A stretch of 64,000 nucleotides of DNA. Origin: Sphagnum compactum (lineage: Eukaryota). The stretch spans positions 30,370,213 to 30,434,212 of the forward strand of contig OZ234493.1 of assembly GCA_965153455.1 (NCBI GenBank), read 5' to 3'. Position numbers and translations under genes: made by a program. The notes below the pieces were generated by a model. That model was not told the DNA's origin and ran no database searches. It saw nothing but the letters and a program-made list of their open reading frames with translations. This document shows positions 25,311-37,069 of this stretch, in pieces (positions within the stretch are counted from its first letter, which is position 1; each line of letters starts with the position of its first letter).

Positions 25311-28300
25311 ATTAATATGAAAAGTTCACAAGGTGAACTATTTGTTTAATGGATATGTGTGCATTGAAAGTTTGACATTTATTAAATTTGTTAGTAATTG
25401 TATGGTGTCTCAAATGTTCAAAATTTTTGATGTCACACTCCAAATGGGAATAAGCCACAACAGGATTTAGCTAAATTTGGCTACAAGACAAATAGAGAAG
25501 TAAACAACATTAACAATCTTGTTATATTTTTGTGACTTGGTAGAACCTCCCATCTAAAGTTGGGATTTTTTTTGGAAAAACTAATTAAAATTTTATCAAT
25601 ATTTACTAAATTATTGGCAATTTCATAACTTTCTTCTTAGAAATTTGGGGAAAAGATTGAAATTTTTTCCAAAAAAAAACCTTTGACTATGCTAGTGAAA
25701 ACATGTATTTTTATTAAAATTCAATGATTGTTGTTTATGAAACTGTGAAAAGACAATTTTGTATGTATGTATTTATCATTCTTATGATTGCATATGTGTG
25801 TTGTTGGTATCTCAATTATTGTAATTTTTCAACATATTATATTTACGTTGTAGTCGTCATATAATTTTTTTTCAAATTTTTGAGGTAGATAGGTTAACAA
25901 TTGTCCACAATAGGATTCAGCCAAATTTGGCTACATGTGAAAGAGGAAAGTAAATTTTAAGAATTATGCTAATTTTTTCTAAAACTAATTGTCTAAATAT
26001 GGCAATTTCCATTTTTTTTTCCCTCACGATGTGGCAACTTTGGGCCATTTTTTTCTCCAAAAATAATCTTATATAAGTTGCATTAACTCATTTTTCAATG
26101 CCGAGATGCAAAAATTTGCCCAAAAACAAACCATTGTTGTCATATGTCGGTCACATTACAAGAAAATATGGTTTTTCCACACAAAAACTTGATTAATGAC
26201 ACATGTGTGAATAAACTTTGTGGTTTCATCCATTACAATGCACAATATGCAGTGTTTATTGTGACATATATAATATTAAAATGGGAATTTGACATTAAGT
26301 AATGTCACATATTTGACATTAAGTAATATTAAGACATTACAATTATAATATCAAATTATTTAACCTATCCATTTGGATGGAGAAGGCCATTTCCATTAAC
26401 TTTAGTTTATTATAGGTCTTTGTGCCAAAAGTCGATCACATCATCATTGGAATCATTATCTATATGAATCATTTGATTTTTTCTTATGTTAGGCATGTTA
26501 TCATTAATTTGCTCATTTTACTTGAATTTTGTTTTGTGTACATATTGTATATTAATATTTCATAAATTTACAAGTCCATTGAATGGATGTAGACATGATA
26601 ATGTCATGTATATATGTTGTGCATGTTGAGTGATACACTTTAGGTGCTTACTAGTTAGAATAGATTTGTGATCAAGTGGTCAAGTGTATCTCCTTGAATT
26701 TGAAAGTCAATGAGAAATATATTTTGAAGGCAAGTGACAATTGATATCTATTGATATTGAAAGTTTTTTATGTATTTGAATTTTGTTTTAAATGAAAATA
26801 TTGGAGATTCCTTGATAGGAGTATTATTGGTATGGCATTTTTAGTAGTCCTTCAAGAGTTATCTTTTGTAATGTGACATGCTTTTGCATGACTTCGTTAA
26901 AAATGAACTAAAACACTAATAGGTGGGTGTTTTAAACATCATGTATCCAATGGGAATTTGTGGATGAAATGTTTAGAAACAATCAATAGTGTTGTTGACA
27001 ATTCAATAATCAAGATTTTCTATCCTTTGTAGTTATTTCAAAATGAAATTGCCAAATTTTATTTTATTTGTTAGCATTGTCCACTTTATAAAGTATTGAA
27101 TTTCATTATCTACCCAACCTTTTAATATATGTATACATGGCTATGACATTGTAGCATTTTTGTTTTAATATTTTTGTTTAATTTGTAAAAAATCTCCCAT
27201 AAACATTATGAACTTATCAAATTTCAAATGGTAAGATGTTAAATTTTATTTTTAATAATTCTAAATGCATTGTCCTATAGATGAAATTCATAATTTTAAC
27301 GAGATATGGGAACCAACAACTTTGGGAAGGGGGGTGAAAGGATGTGATCACAAGGGCCTTTGAAGGGGTGCAATCATAGGGCACTACTAGAATTTCAGGT
27401 TTTTCAAACATTTCAAGTTAACTGACTAGTCTTTTTTTATCAATGGACATGTCCATTTTGACTAAACATTCAAAGCATATATTTTTTGACCAACCAACTT
27501 GACTATAGTGATTTATTTAACCAATACATCTAGTCAAGTTGAATAACTTTAATCAAAATGACAAATGAGTTTTAGTCAAATGAAACATTTAGTCAAATTG
27601 AACATAAGAAATTGACATCAATAGTCAAAATGATCAATGTTCTCTAGTCAAATGAGACATCTTAAATGCCTATTACATACCTACCTCCCACCCTAAAAAG
27701 TACACTAGTTAAATTTTTTTTTTAAATACGTGAGTAAAAATATATGGTGCAATATATTGGTATTGGGTAAAAATTATAAATTAATTAGTTTAAAAATAGG
27801 GTACCTTTTATTCAAATAATTAATTTAATTATAATATAGGGTATGTAATAATCGCAAATAATGGATTATAATTAATATAGGATGGCTTTAATATGTGTAT
27901 ATTAAAAAATTAGATGATAATATGATGATAAAAAATAAGTTGGACAATTATTTAATACCCCCTCTAAAAATGGTCATTTAACGCATGTAGGTTTCAAATT
28001 TTACACTAAGTGTCCCCCTAGGCCTCCCACCTACAATCTTACAACCTACCTACCAACCCACCCACCCACCTACCTAAATGTACTATCTACTTACCTACCC
28101 ACCCACCCACCTACCTACTTATATATTACCTACCTATTTACCCACCCACTCACCTACTTATTTATGAAAACATTCATATCTATGTTAAAGGGGGTTTTTT
28201 GGTGCATAGGTGTATGTGTCACAAATGACATTCCATAATAGTTCATTAAACACCTCACAAGCCACTTTCAACAATTCAATTATGCTAGGTCATGAAAATT

Positions 28301-28399
28301 GTTGCCAACATCATCATTCGTGGGTGAAATTCATACATGAACATTCACATTTTCATCCATAATAAATGAAGTTCATCCATCACTGTCCATTTTTCATGC

Positions 28400-29400
28400 A
28401 TATGTGGAATTAAGAAGGTGTTTGAAAAGGTTCTTTGGACGGTGAACCATGTGAAAACCAACATGAAAGCTTCTTGAAGTAGGTCTAAACAAACAAGTAT
28501 AAATAAAGGTAATTCCCTTCATTATTTTTAATCTAATCAACATCAACATGTTCAAGGTACAACCTTATGTTTTAACCTTGTTTTTTAATTTGATTAATGT
28601 TGAACCAATCATTCCATTTTTTGAATAAAATACCATTTATGTATTCCATGGTTTTGTTTTTAATCATCATGTTGTGTGATTTTGATTGAAGCTTAATTTT
28701 GATGTAGTTTGTTTGAATTTTTGTGCATCATGGGAAATCTTTGATCATGATAATTTTTGTGTTAATTACAATATGTGATTGTGCTTGGACCATTACTACC
28801 ATTTGCCATTGAATTGCATGGTTTGTAATTGGTTTAATGTCTTGAGTGATTTGATTCATTCAAATAATTAATCATGTTTTTAAAAATGTCTTCATCATCA
28901 TGTAATGCTTATATTTGCATATTGGGATTAGTAGCTCATCATTAAACCGCAATAATGTATGGATATGTAAGATACCATTTTTTGCAATTTTGTAGCTTTC
29001 AAAACAAGTTTTTTATGTTGATCACACTTGCATTAATATTAGTAATTTTTTTGTATTTTTTTCATCCAACATGTATTTGAAAATAAGAATGATAAAAATG
29101 TGTATGAAAATTGTTTAAATTTTTGAGTTCATGGTTTTGTTTACATTGTTCATTCTTAATTAACATGTATGTGTCATAAAGTAATTCAACATTGATGTTT
29201 TGTCCTCAATTAAAATAACATTCGAAGGGTAATGGACAAATATAGGATTTAAAGTGAAAACAAATTTAATGTTCCCATTATATTTATCATATTGAATATT
29301 TGATCCAATTGTTGTGTGAGTACTTCCGAAAACATATTTTCTCCATATTCCATTCAAAATATTCATTTGAAATCCACTAAAAACCTATTTTCTCATCTTT
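28400..29400 (-). pseudogene. Degraded Helitron-type Rep (HUH) remnant
   Basis: Minus-strand translation at about 29000-28937 gives ATKLQKNGILHIHTLLRF, resembling Helitron Rep motif 2 (vE.Q.RG..H.H.LlW). The rest is heavily decayed and the boundaries are approximate. Confidence 0.4.
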
Positions 29401-29899
29401 AGTTACACCCCAACCATGGAAGCTTAGTGTTCCCTCTAGTTCAAAAAGGAATTTGATTCCATCATATCCATATCATCTTTAATAAAAATGTATAACTTTG
29501 TACGAAGTGGAGAATTTTTCCCCATTATTAAGTGGGGCATTACAATGTGAGTTCATTTTTTTGTTTTGGACATGTAAAACATTTCACTACAACTTACTCT
29601 ATAACTTGTTTTGCAACCTTTAAATATTTTGTTTATTAAGACTTTCATCAATTGTTTTATGTAAACTAATTAGAGGATAAAATTGAACCTTAAAACATGT
29701 TTGCATCTATTCATCAATTCAAACATGCACACATGATTGGGTTTTTCAATGTGGCAATGAAGGGAAAGCCACCTCCAGCCCCCATTCATATATGTTTGGT
29801 TACTTCCCTTTAATTTGCACCACCATTTCAAACCATTCTTCAACTCCAACATCCAAAAGTGTTATCTCTCTTGATTTTGAAAACATCCACTTATTGACA

Positions 29900-30860
29900 A
29901 CTTTCCCAAGTATCTTTTCTAACATTCAAAAAACTGAAATCAAAAGTAATGAAGGCATCTAAGGTGATTGTGGGGGTTGCATGTAAGTTGCTCTTAGTTG
30001 AAACCATGTTTCTACAATTGACAACCAATCTTAGTTTCAATCCATTATGGAAAATTGGGTACAAATTCTTCTTTTGATATTCACAAATCATGAGTTAGAG
30101 GGATTAGGGAGTGATAACCTAATTAAGGTAATAGTAAAGACATTGATGATAGGAGGTGGATTGCTAAGAAAGCATATTACCAAGAAATTCATAAGCTTGG
30201 GGGCAAACAATGTTAATGTATTTCAAGGCATTAGTGTTAGAAAACAAATCTAGTTTCTAACTGCATTCCCCATTTTATAAGGATTCAATTCATAGCCCAT
30301 CTCACAAATTTAGTGACACGAATTTTAGTTGGTTTACCTTTGGTGATTTGCCTTGAGAATTTGTTCCAAATCCTTAACAACTATTTCACACACAAGCACC
30401 TTGAAGACATTTATAATTCACAAAACTTGTGGAAAGCATAGAAACAAAGTGAAACAATGATTTTTTGAAATCCAAATGGTTTTCAATGTTGAGACTTGCC
30501 AAGCAAAGTGATGATAGAATATAAAATTCCCTTGGTAATGATGGTTACCTGGATAGCCTTGCAAATCAACAAGCAGAGTTAAACTATGAACATCTATGTG
30601 ACTTGGAGATTTTGCTTGGACTTGTTTGCATTTTGCCATTGCTAGAATTTGTGTTTGTTTTCATGAAAATTTGCCCAAATGAGAAATGTATTTTGTGTGT
30701 GACCTTGTGGCAACTATCAAGGTTTGTCAAGGTGATGTCCATAACACGTTTTATGATAATATTTTGAAGTTTATTATAGAAAACCTTTGTGCTTTCAAAT
30801 CATTGTTTGGATATAAACATGAAAACATCTAGATGCAAATGGATACCATATTTAAATATT
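29900..30860 (+). pseudogene. hAT-superfamily transposase remnant (ZNF862/C17orf113-like clade)
   Basis: GSDNLIKVIVKTLMIGGGL...ISLGANNVNVFQG (the G.DG.sv..G motif), followed by IAHLTNL (C.AH..NL motif) at about 30292. Frameshifted. Confidence 0.55.
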
Positions 30861-31252
30861 AAAAAACTAGCTTGATTATTTAGTATAATGTCTAATTGGC
30901 AAAACATTTTGTTAAAAAACTGCCGAACATAAATGACCAAAAAATAAATAAATTAGTAGGTACCTTGCCTGCCAAAACAGGCCCAAAAAAGCCCCTTTTT
31001 GTTTTTGCAAAAGAAATGGTGTGTTTTTTTGGCTTTTGCTCCGTCGCTTGCTCGCCATTAGTCGCCATTCTGCAAAAGCTTTCTTCTGTGCACGCACACA
31101 CATGCACGCGTACCTTTCTCGCTCTCCCATTTTCGATTTTTCCATTTCCCTTCTCTGCCATAGCCTTGAATGCTGCCCTGTGTCTTCTTCTTCACCTTCC
31201 AAACTCTTCTTATGTAACACACTGCTCGCAAATTTTCTTGTCATCATCGGTC

Positions 31253-34216
31253 ATGGCCAGTCTTCTGGCTTCTTGCAGTAGTACGTTAGCAGCTTTTCTA
31301 CCATCATCATCAGTCTCCTCCTCCTCCTCTTCCTCCTCCTCCTCCTCCCACCACATCCAGAAATCTTCCGTGTCTTGGCTGTCTTCCAGGTTCTGTAATA
31401 ATGAGAAATTGTATTCCAGTCTGAAGAAGTTGAGGTCCACAGGAAATGATGTTTTGCAGCATAGTACCTTGGTAGGGATTTTTCGGTATCCAGATGATAT
31501 GGATTACTTGAAGAGGGAGAAGAAAATAACAACAACAACAACAACATGCCGGGCATCATCATCACCATCGCAAAGAGCGGCAACTATTTTGGAGAAAGGA
31601 GGCGAGAACAAGATTCTGCCTCCTGAGGGTTTCATAGAAGAGATGAAGGCTTTTCTGAGGCGGGATTTGATACATTTGTTTGACGAGCAAGGGATTGACA
31701 AAAGCATGTATGATCCTAAGGTCGAGTTCCGGGACCCTGTCACCAACTATGACTCTTTGGAAGGCTATCTTTTCAACATTCAGATGTTGCGACTCCTTTT
31801 CCATCCCATTTTTGAGCTCCATACTGTCAAACAGGTCACAATTCTCTTTCCACCTCTTTCAAGCAGCACCCTAGGGATGATGAGGGATTTTATTCTTGTG
31901 GCAATCTTTTGCAAGAGGCTTCAAATTTCTGCTAGATTCATGCATGGCAAATGATGTTAGGCAGAACTGTCATGCAATCTACAATTGGGGGTCAGCTACA
32001 CACATCCAAATTGTAAACAGAAGGGAGTGGGCCATGGAGTGTTCTCAAGGAGTCTCCCATCTCCATTTTGGGCAACTGCATTTGCTCTAAAATCACTGTC
32101 CTATGTTTTTCTTTCTTCATTCTGGAGTGTTGTGGTTGACTGTTTTGGCAGACAGGACCTTATGAAATTACCACAAGATGGACAATGACAATGAATTTTT
32201 GGATAGTTCTGTGGCAGCCCAAGCTGATATTCACAGGGGTGTCTATCATGCGCATCAACCCTGAAACTGGAAAATTCTGTGCTCACATTGTAAGGTTTTG
32301 CAAATCCCAGCAGCTACAATATATGCATAACATTGTGTGTGTGTTTTTCTACAAGAAAAGTTAAAATGTACACTGACATGGTTTTTGTTTCTGCATGGAT
32401 TGAGGATTCAAAGGAATAAGTTGTGACTGCATATTGTGACTCTTTATGCTGCTGTAATACTCATCCTGTGTGTTGTGTATGGACATGGAATTCAGGACCG
32501 CTGGGATTCAATCAAAGACAATGAGTATTTCTCATTTGAAGGTGCAATGGATATAATTCGGCAGGTTGGATCTTCTAATCTCCACTGATGTATGACTCAA
32601 TCAATGTCTCCTTTCAATGTAATTTACTGCACACTTCTTGTCAGCAAAACTGCAATGGCCTACTAGCAGACACTGAAGACACATTGTGACAGTTTCATCA
32701 TTCAGCATGTTGTTTAGCTACATTTCATGCCAGGGACCCTGAACCCTTGATGTTGGAAGTGTGGATTGAATAACACCAATTTGTCCAAATGGTGGATTTC
32801 TTTTGTTTTCCTTTCCTTGAAACTGCAAGGCATCCTCACTCCTTGAAAGAGGGTTTTGCTTTGACAGATGCAATACTTCAAGACACCAGATTTGGAGACA
32901 CCAAAGTACAGGGTTTTGAAGCGAACTGCTGTATATCAGGTCAGCTCCTTGTCATTACAAGTGCACCATAGTCAGAGATTCTACCCGTGGTGAAAGGTTC
33001 TTCAAGTGCCTTGGATTGGCTCAATGACCTGAGCACTACGATTGCATTTAACCATTGCATGCTTCAATAATCTCGCTACTTTTTCACCCTTCAAAATTGC
33101 ACTCAGACCATTTTGCTCATGGCCATAAATGCAGGTGCGCGAGTATGAACCTTTCATAGTTGTGGAAACTGAGGGTGATTCTTTATCAGGTTCAAAGGGA
33201 TTCAATGCAGTTGCTGGGTAACAATTTTTTTTGAAGACAGTGTCCTTTTCGCAACTTGCTCCCATGATTTCCAAACTGTAAACTGGTGGACAGTTTGATC
33301 TCCTAACTTTGTCATGAGAAATAATGTCCTGTAGTTGATGCCTTTTGACTTCCTGCACCCCTTCAGTTACTTAAATTTGCTGTACAACATTTGGCAGGTA
33401 CATATTTGGTAAGAATGACAAGGAGGAAAAGATGAAGATGACTACGCCTGTGTTTACAGAACAGATAGATCAGTTTTCATCATCTGGAGTCAAGATTCAA
33501 ATTGTTCTACCTCTACAGAGCTCCCTATCAGAGTAGGTCTAAAAAGCTCACAGTTGTACTCTTTAACCAGTTTATTTGCTGCACAGGGTTGCATTGTAGT
33601 TTCAGTTAGAATGTCGTTGGTTTCAAAAGCTCTGTAAAATCAGGTTTTGGATGCCTATTTACAGCTATGATTTTGTCATTCCAACAGCTTTCAATGCTGG
33701 CTACTCTCAATATGAAAGGTAGTAGTCCAAGGCAGAATTCATGTCTTTCCTGCTGATTGAGGAGCATATGGTGGTGTTACAGATTGCCTGCTCCTTTGTC
33801 AGGGCAAGTAAAGGTACAACAAGTGGAAGGGAGGGCTGTTGCTGCCATCAGGTTCAATGGCAAGCCAACAGAGGAACTTGTGCAAGAAAAGGCAAAGATC
33901 CTTACAGAAGAACTGGCAAAAGATGGACTGAGACAGAAAGGAGGAATTGTACTTGCCAGATACAATGATCCTGGTAGAACTTTTCCTTTGTTCATGGTAC
34001 ATCTCAATATCCTTCCTGCTGCTGAATTTTTCAATGGAAATTTTGCTTCAAACTTGCTTTGGAAGTCTGGCAAGAGCAATGATCTTTAAATAGTAAAAGC
34101 CAGTGCTAAAAAGTTTTTAACAAGATTAATACTTAATGAGCATCTTTTGTTTGGACAATGTTCATGTGCAGAAAAATGAGGTGCTTGCATGCCTTGAAGA
34201 TTTTAAGTTGGATTGA
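31253..34216 (+). CDS. Chloroplast SOUL heme-binding protein with N-terminal DUF2358/SnoaL-like domain (HBP5-like), 445 aa
   Basis: Exons 31253-31834, 32152-32289, 32496-32564, 32868-32939, 33135-33217, 33398-33532, 33783-33996, 34172-34216 (1338 nt, frame-consistent). Ser-rich transit peptide. DL.HLFD.QGID..MY...V.FRDP.T and TGPYEITTRWTM (DUF2358). LETPKY.VL..T..YQVREY, GF..VAGYIFGKN, MTTPV, ARYNDP and KNEV (SOUL). Confidence 0.93.
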
Positions 34217-35041
34217 GCAACCTGCTGGTTAACTTAAGAGGTTGCAAGCATCTGATAGTTTTGTGCAACACCCAGAAAAGAGTGGTGGTCTATTGTGGAA
34301 ACATAGGATCTTGGTCTGATTTTTGGACTGCAATCGGCATGTTGCTAGCAGTTACCAGCTTTCATGTGCTGTTAGTGGTTGAATGCTGCTGTTTAATCAG
34401 TCATCAGGTAGAGCACCTTCATTAGTCAATCTAACCTCCATCACAGTGTGGATGATGATGACTTATTGATGACTAAGCAAGCTTCAACACGCTATGGATT
34501 TTGGGGTTCCTTCATGTAAAGGAGGCTGCCTATCCATCCCAAGACTAGCAGCATTGGAGTTTACTGATCAAGTATTATTCTAGAAAATCAAATTTGATTG
34601 TTGTTGATTATACAAGATCTGTTCTGAGTTCTCACATTCATTTTTGGAAACAATGGGAGGGCTCAATCATGAGGTTGACTAGCATTCAAGAGATATAGCT
34701 AAGAAAAAAAGAGGTTAATAGTATCTTCATTCAAGCTTGCAAGGGTAAGCTTCACTTTCATTTGAGTTTCTCCAAGTACAAGCAAGCACCTAAGCTTAAG
34801 GCATAGAGAGTCCTACAAAGAAGCTAGTCTTTGTAGCCCTCCTTGGACAGCTGTAATCAGTATTGGCTTGAACAATACAACACCGATGAAATGATTCAAA
34901 GCTCCATATGTACATTTGCAACACATAGATCAATGGTTGGAGATGGCTATTGTGCTTGATTCTTCTACTAACCTGATTCATATTGTGTATTACAAAATCA
35001 GCAATTGAGAGAGAGAAAGGTTTTAGTTGTATGCACTGATG

Positions 35042-35365
35042 AAAAGATGAACCCAACACTCCAAACAAGCTTCAGCAAACTGATGTATGCAACAACACAA
35101 ATGATACTGCTCAATAAAATAAGAATGTAAACCCAACATCCATCCAGAACATCACTGCTCATGACCAGAGCTTGATGCCAGAATTCTCTGATCTTAAGCC
35201 CTAGTAATTTGCTGAAGCAAAAATGAACCCCAACACTCCTGGCAAGCTTCAGCAAACTACAGCATGCTCATAACATCAATGATGTCAGAATGTAAACCCG
35301 ACATCCACGACATCACTGCTCACGTCAAGAACCTGATGCTAGAATTGTCTGATCTTGGACTAGTA
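35042..35365. repeat. Diverged tandem duplication (~175-bp spacing, 2 copies) downstream of COPT; each copy carries C/D-box-like motifs on the minus strand
   Basis: ATGAACCC.AACACTCC...CAAGCTTCAGCAAACT...AGAATGTAAACCCRACATCCA...ACATCACTGCTCA...TGATGCYAGAATT.TCTGATCTT occurs twice. Confidence 0.8.
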
Positions 35366-35577
35366 CATATAAGCAAGCATTACACAATCTGGTCTGCATC
35401 ATTGATCCCAGATTCCACTGATGAGCACAACAGAAAACATGGAAACAAATTGTTCTACTTTATCCATCTCCAAAGACAAAGTGCCTTCTGCATAGTTGCT
35501 GCTATGGAAGTGTTATTGTTATTACTTGGAGGAGAGAAAGAGGGCGCAAGGAGGGAGCAAATCACCAACACGGAGGC

Positions 35578-36033
35578 TCAAGAGGAGCAGCAAGGATCAT
35601 GGAAGGAAGGAGCTGCGCTGCCACTCCGAAAAAAGAAATAGCCTACTGCCAATCCCGCAACAATGCTCAGGAAAACCCCACCATTAAAGGACATGACGGC
35701 GAGCATGAGCAAATAGCCCAGTCCTACCTTGATGCCGAACAGTAAAGACTCCAAGGCCTTGTTGATCCCTATCCGCGACCCTTGCACCACCACCTCACCC
35801 AACAAAGGCGCCTCTGGAGTGTCATCAGATACTGCTGCTGAAGGAACTGCTGAAGTCTTCCCAGCAGAGCTTGTTGTCAGGAAGACAGATCGTTGCATGG
35901 CAAGCCATTCATGGACCACGGAGAAAACAAACAACACAATCAACGTCAGAATGTAACCTTGCCATGTCTTCACGGCCCATTGATCAAAAAGCACTGTCAC
36001 TGACTTCCCCCAATAAAATGTCATGTGCATCAT
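35578..36033 (-). CDS. Ctr/COPT copper transporter, COPT5-like, 151 aa, intronless
   Basis: MMHMTFYWGK N-terminus, three hydrophobic segments, MxxxM (YLLMLAVMSFN) and GxxxG (GLAVG) motifs, Cys-containing tail DPCCSS. Confidence 0.95.
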   Translation of the reverse strand: MMHMTFYWGKSVTVLFDQWAVKTWQGYILTLIVLFVFSVVHEWLAMQRSVFLTTSSAGKTSAVPSAAVSDDTPEAPLLGEVVVQGSRIGINKALESLLFGIKVGLGYLLMLAVMSFNGGVFLSIVAGLAVGYFFFRSGSAAPSFHDPCCSS

Positions 36034-36540
36034 GGTTGCTGACGATTGATTCTCCCCCTCCCTCTCTCTCCCTTGTTCTTGTTCTTCTCTCAATTGTGCT
36101 CTCTCTCTCACCTAATCACTGCAAATTACTCAGCCCCACCCTCCTCCTCGAAACCCTAATGCTTGACACCTACTTCTTCCCCCACTCTCTTTCTTTCTAG
36201 TGCAAACTATGAACTCGGTGACCGGCGAGACAACCCCCCCCCCACCATTTTTTTTTGTTGAGGCTAAATTTAGGGATTTGGCTAAAAAGAAATTTCCAAA
36301 TGGCTAAAAAATGTGTTTTTTTTGGGTTTTCTAGTCGCCACATTTGTATACTTTTTTTTGAATTATCGCCATATTTCTCTATTGGGTTCTAGCATATAGC
36401 CAAAAGTACTGCTTGCTTCTGTTTTTTTCTTCCCCTGACTGCCCCTTTTGCCCATCCAAGATGTGTCTGGTGGTGCCCAAACACATCTTGATGCTGCTGC
36501 CCGTCCACACTTTGGGTGCTGTTAGGTGTGAACTATTCAC

Positions 36541-36874
36541 CAGTGTTGGGAGGTTCTTAGAATGAGGGAGAGATACCCGTAGGTTATCAATACAATATAT
36601 ATCCAATTCTCAAATTTTGGTGTATAACCAGTTTTTGTGTATAATGGTGGTTCTAAAAAAAGCTGGTCAAAGAACCGTCAGTTCTTTGCTGGATTTTTTT
36701 TTAATGAAAATCATTGATTCTTTGAGGTTTTCTGAAATAACTGGAACCAGTAGTTCTTTGATTCTGGATTTTTATTTTATTTTCAAAGAACTGAACCAGT
36801 GATTCTTTGATTCTGAAATATTTAAAGAACTGGAATCGGTGGTTCTTTAAAATTAAAAGAACTGCGCAACACTG
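36541..36874. mobile_element. 334-bp hAT-type MITE upstream of COPT
   Basis: TIRs CAGTGTTGGGAGGTTCTT and AAGAACTGCGCAACACTG (15/18 match). The 8-bp flanks CTATTCAC and GTATGCAT match at 5/8, possibly a decayed TSD. Internal GAACCG/GGTTCT subterminal motifs. The same end recurs at 57513. Confidence 0.7.
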
Positions 36875-37032
36875 GTATGCATGTTTCGGGCTTGAAATTG
36901 GACACCTTAGAGAACAGTACAAGCCTGAATCATCCATGATATGGGTTCAAAGTGTGTCTTGGCATCATCCATCTCTTTTGAGAAAAATATGGATCGGGTC
37001 AAGGGCAGACAAGGAGAAAAAAGAAGCAGGCA

Positions 37033-37069
37033 GTACATTTGTGCTTCTGTACTGCAATAACACAAGTAC
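37033..37069. promoter_or_regulatory. Cluster of three GTAC cores (candidate copper-response elements) upstream of COPT
   Basis: GTAC at 37033, 37049 and 37066, plus 36406 and 36917. GTAC is the core bound by SBP-domain factors such as CRR1 and SPL7. Confidence 0.4.

Noticed and set aside
30896..31252. 119-aa N-terminal extension of the SOUL protein in the ORF track
   Set aside because: Starts at TTG and runs through promoter/5'UTR-like sequence. ATG 31253 begins a typical transit peptide.
36034..36111. N-terminal extension of COPT, and a miR156/535-like GAGAGAGAGCAC match
   Set aside because: GTG start in a GA-rich 5'UTR. The match covers only the GA run, with no seed match or precursor hairpin.
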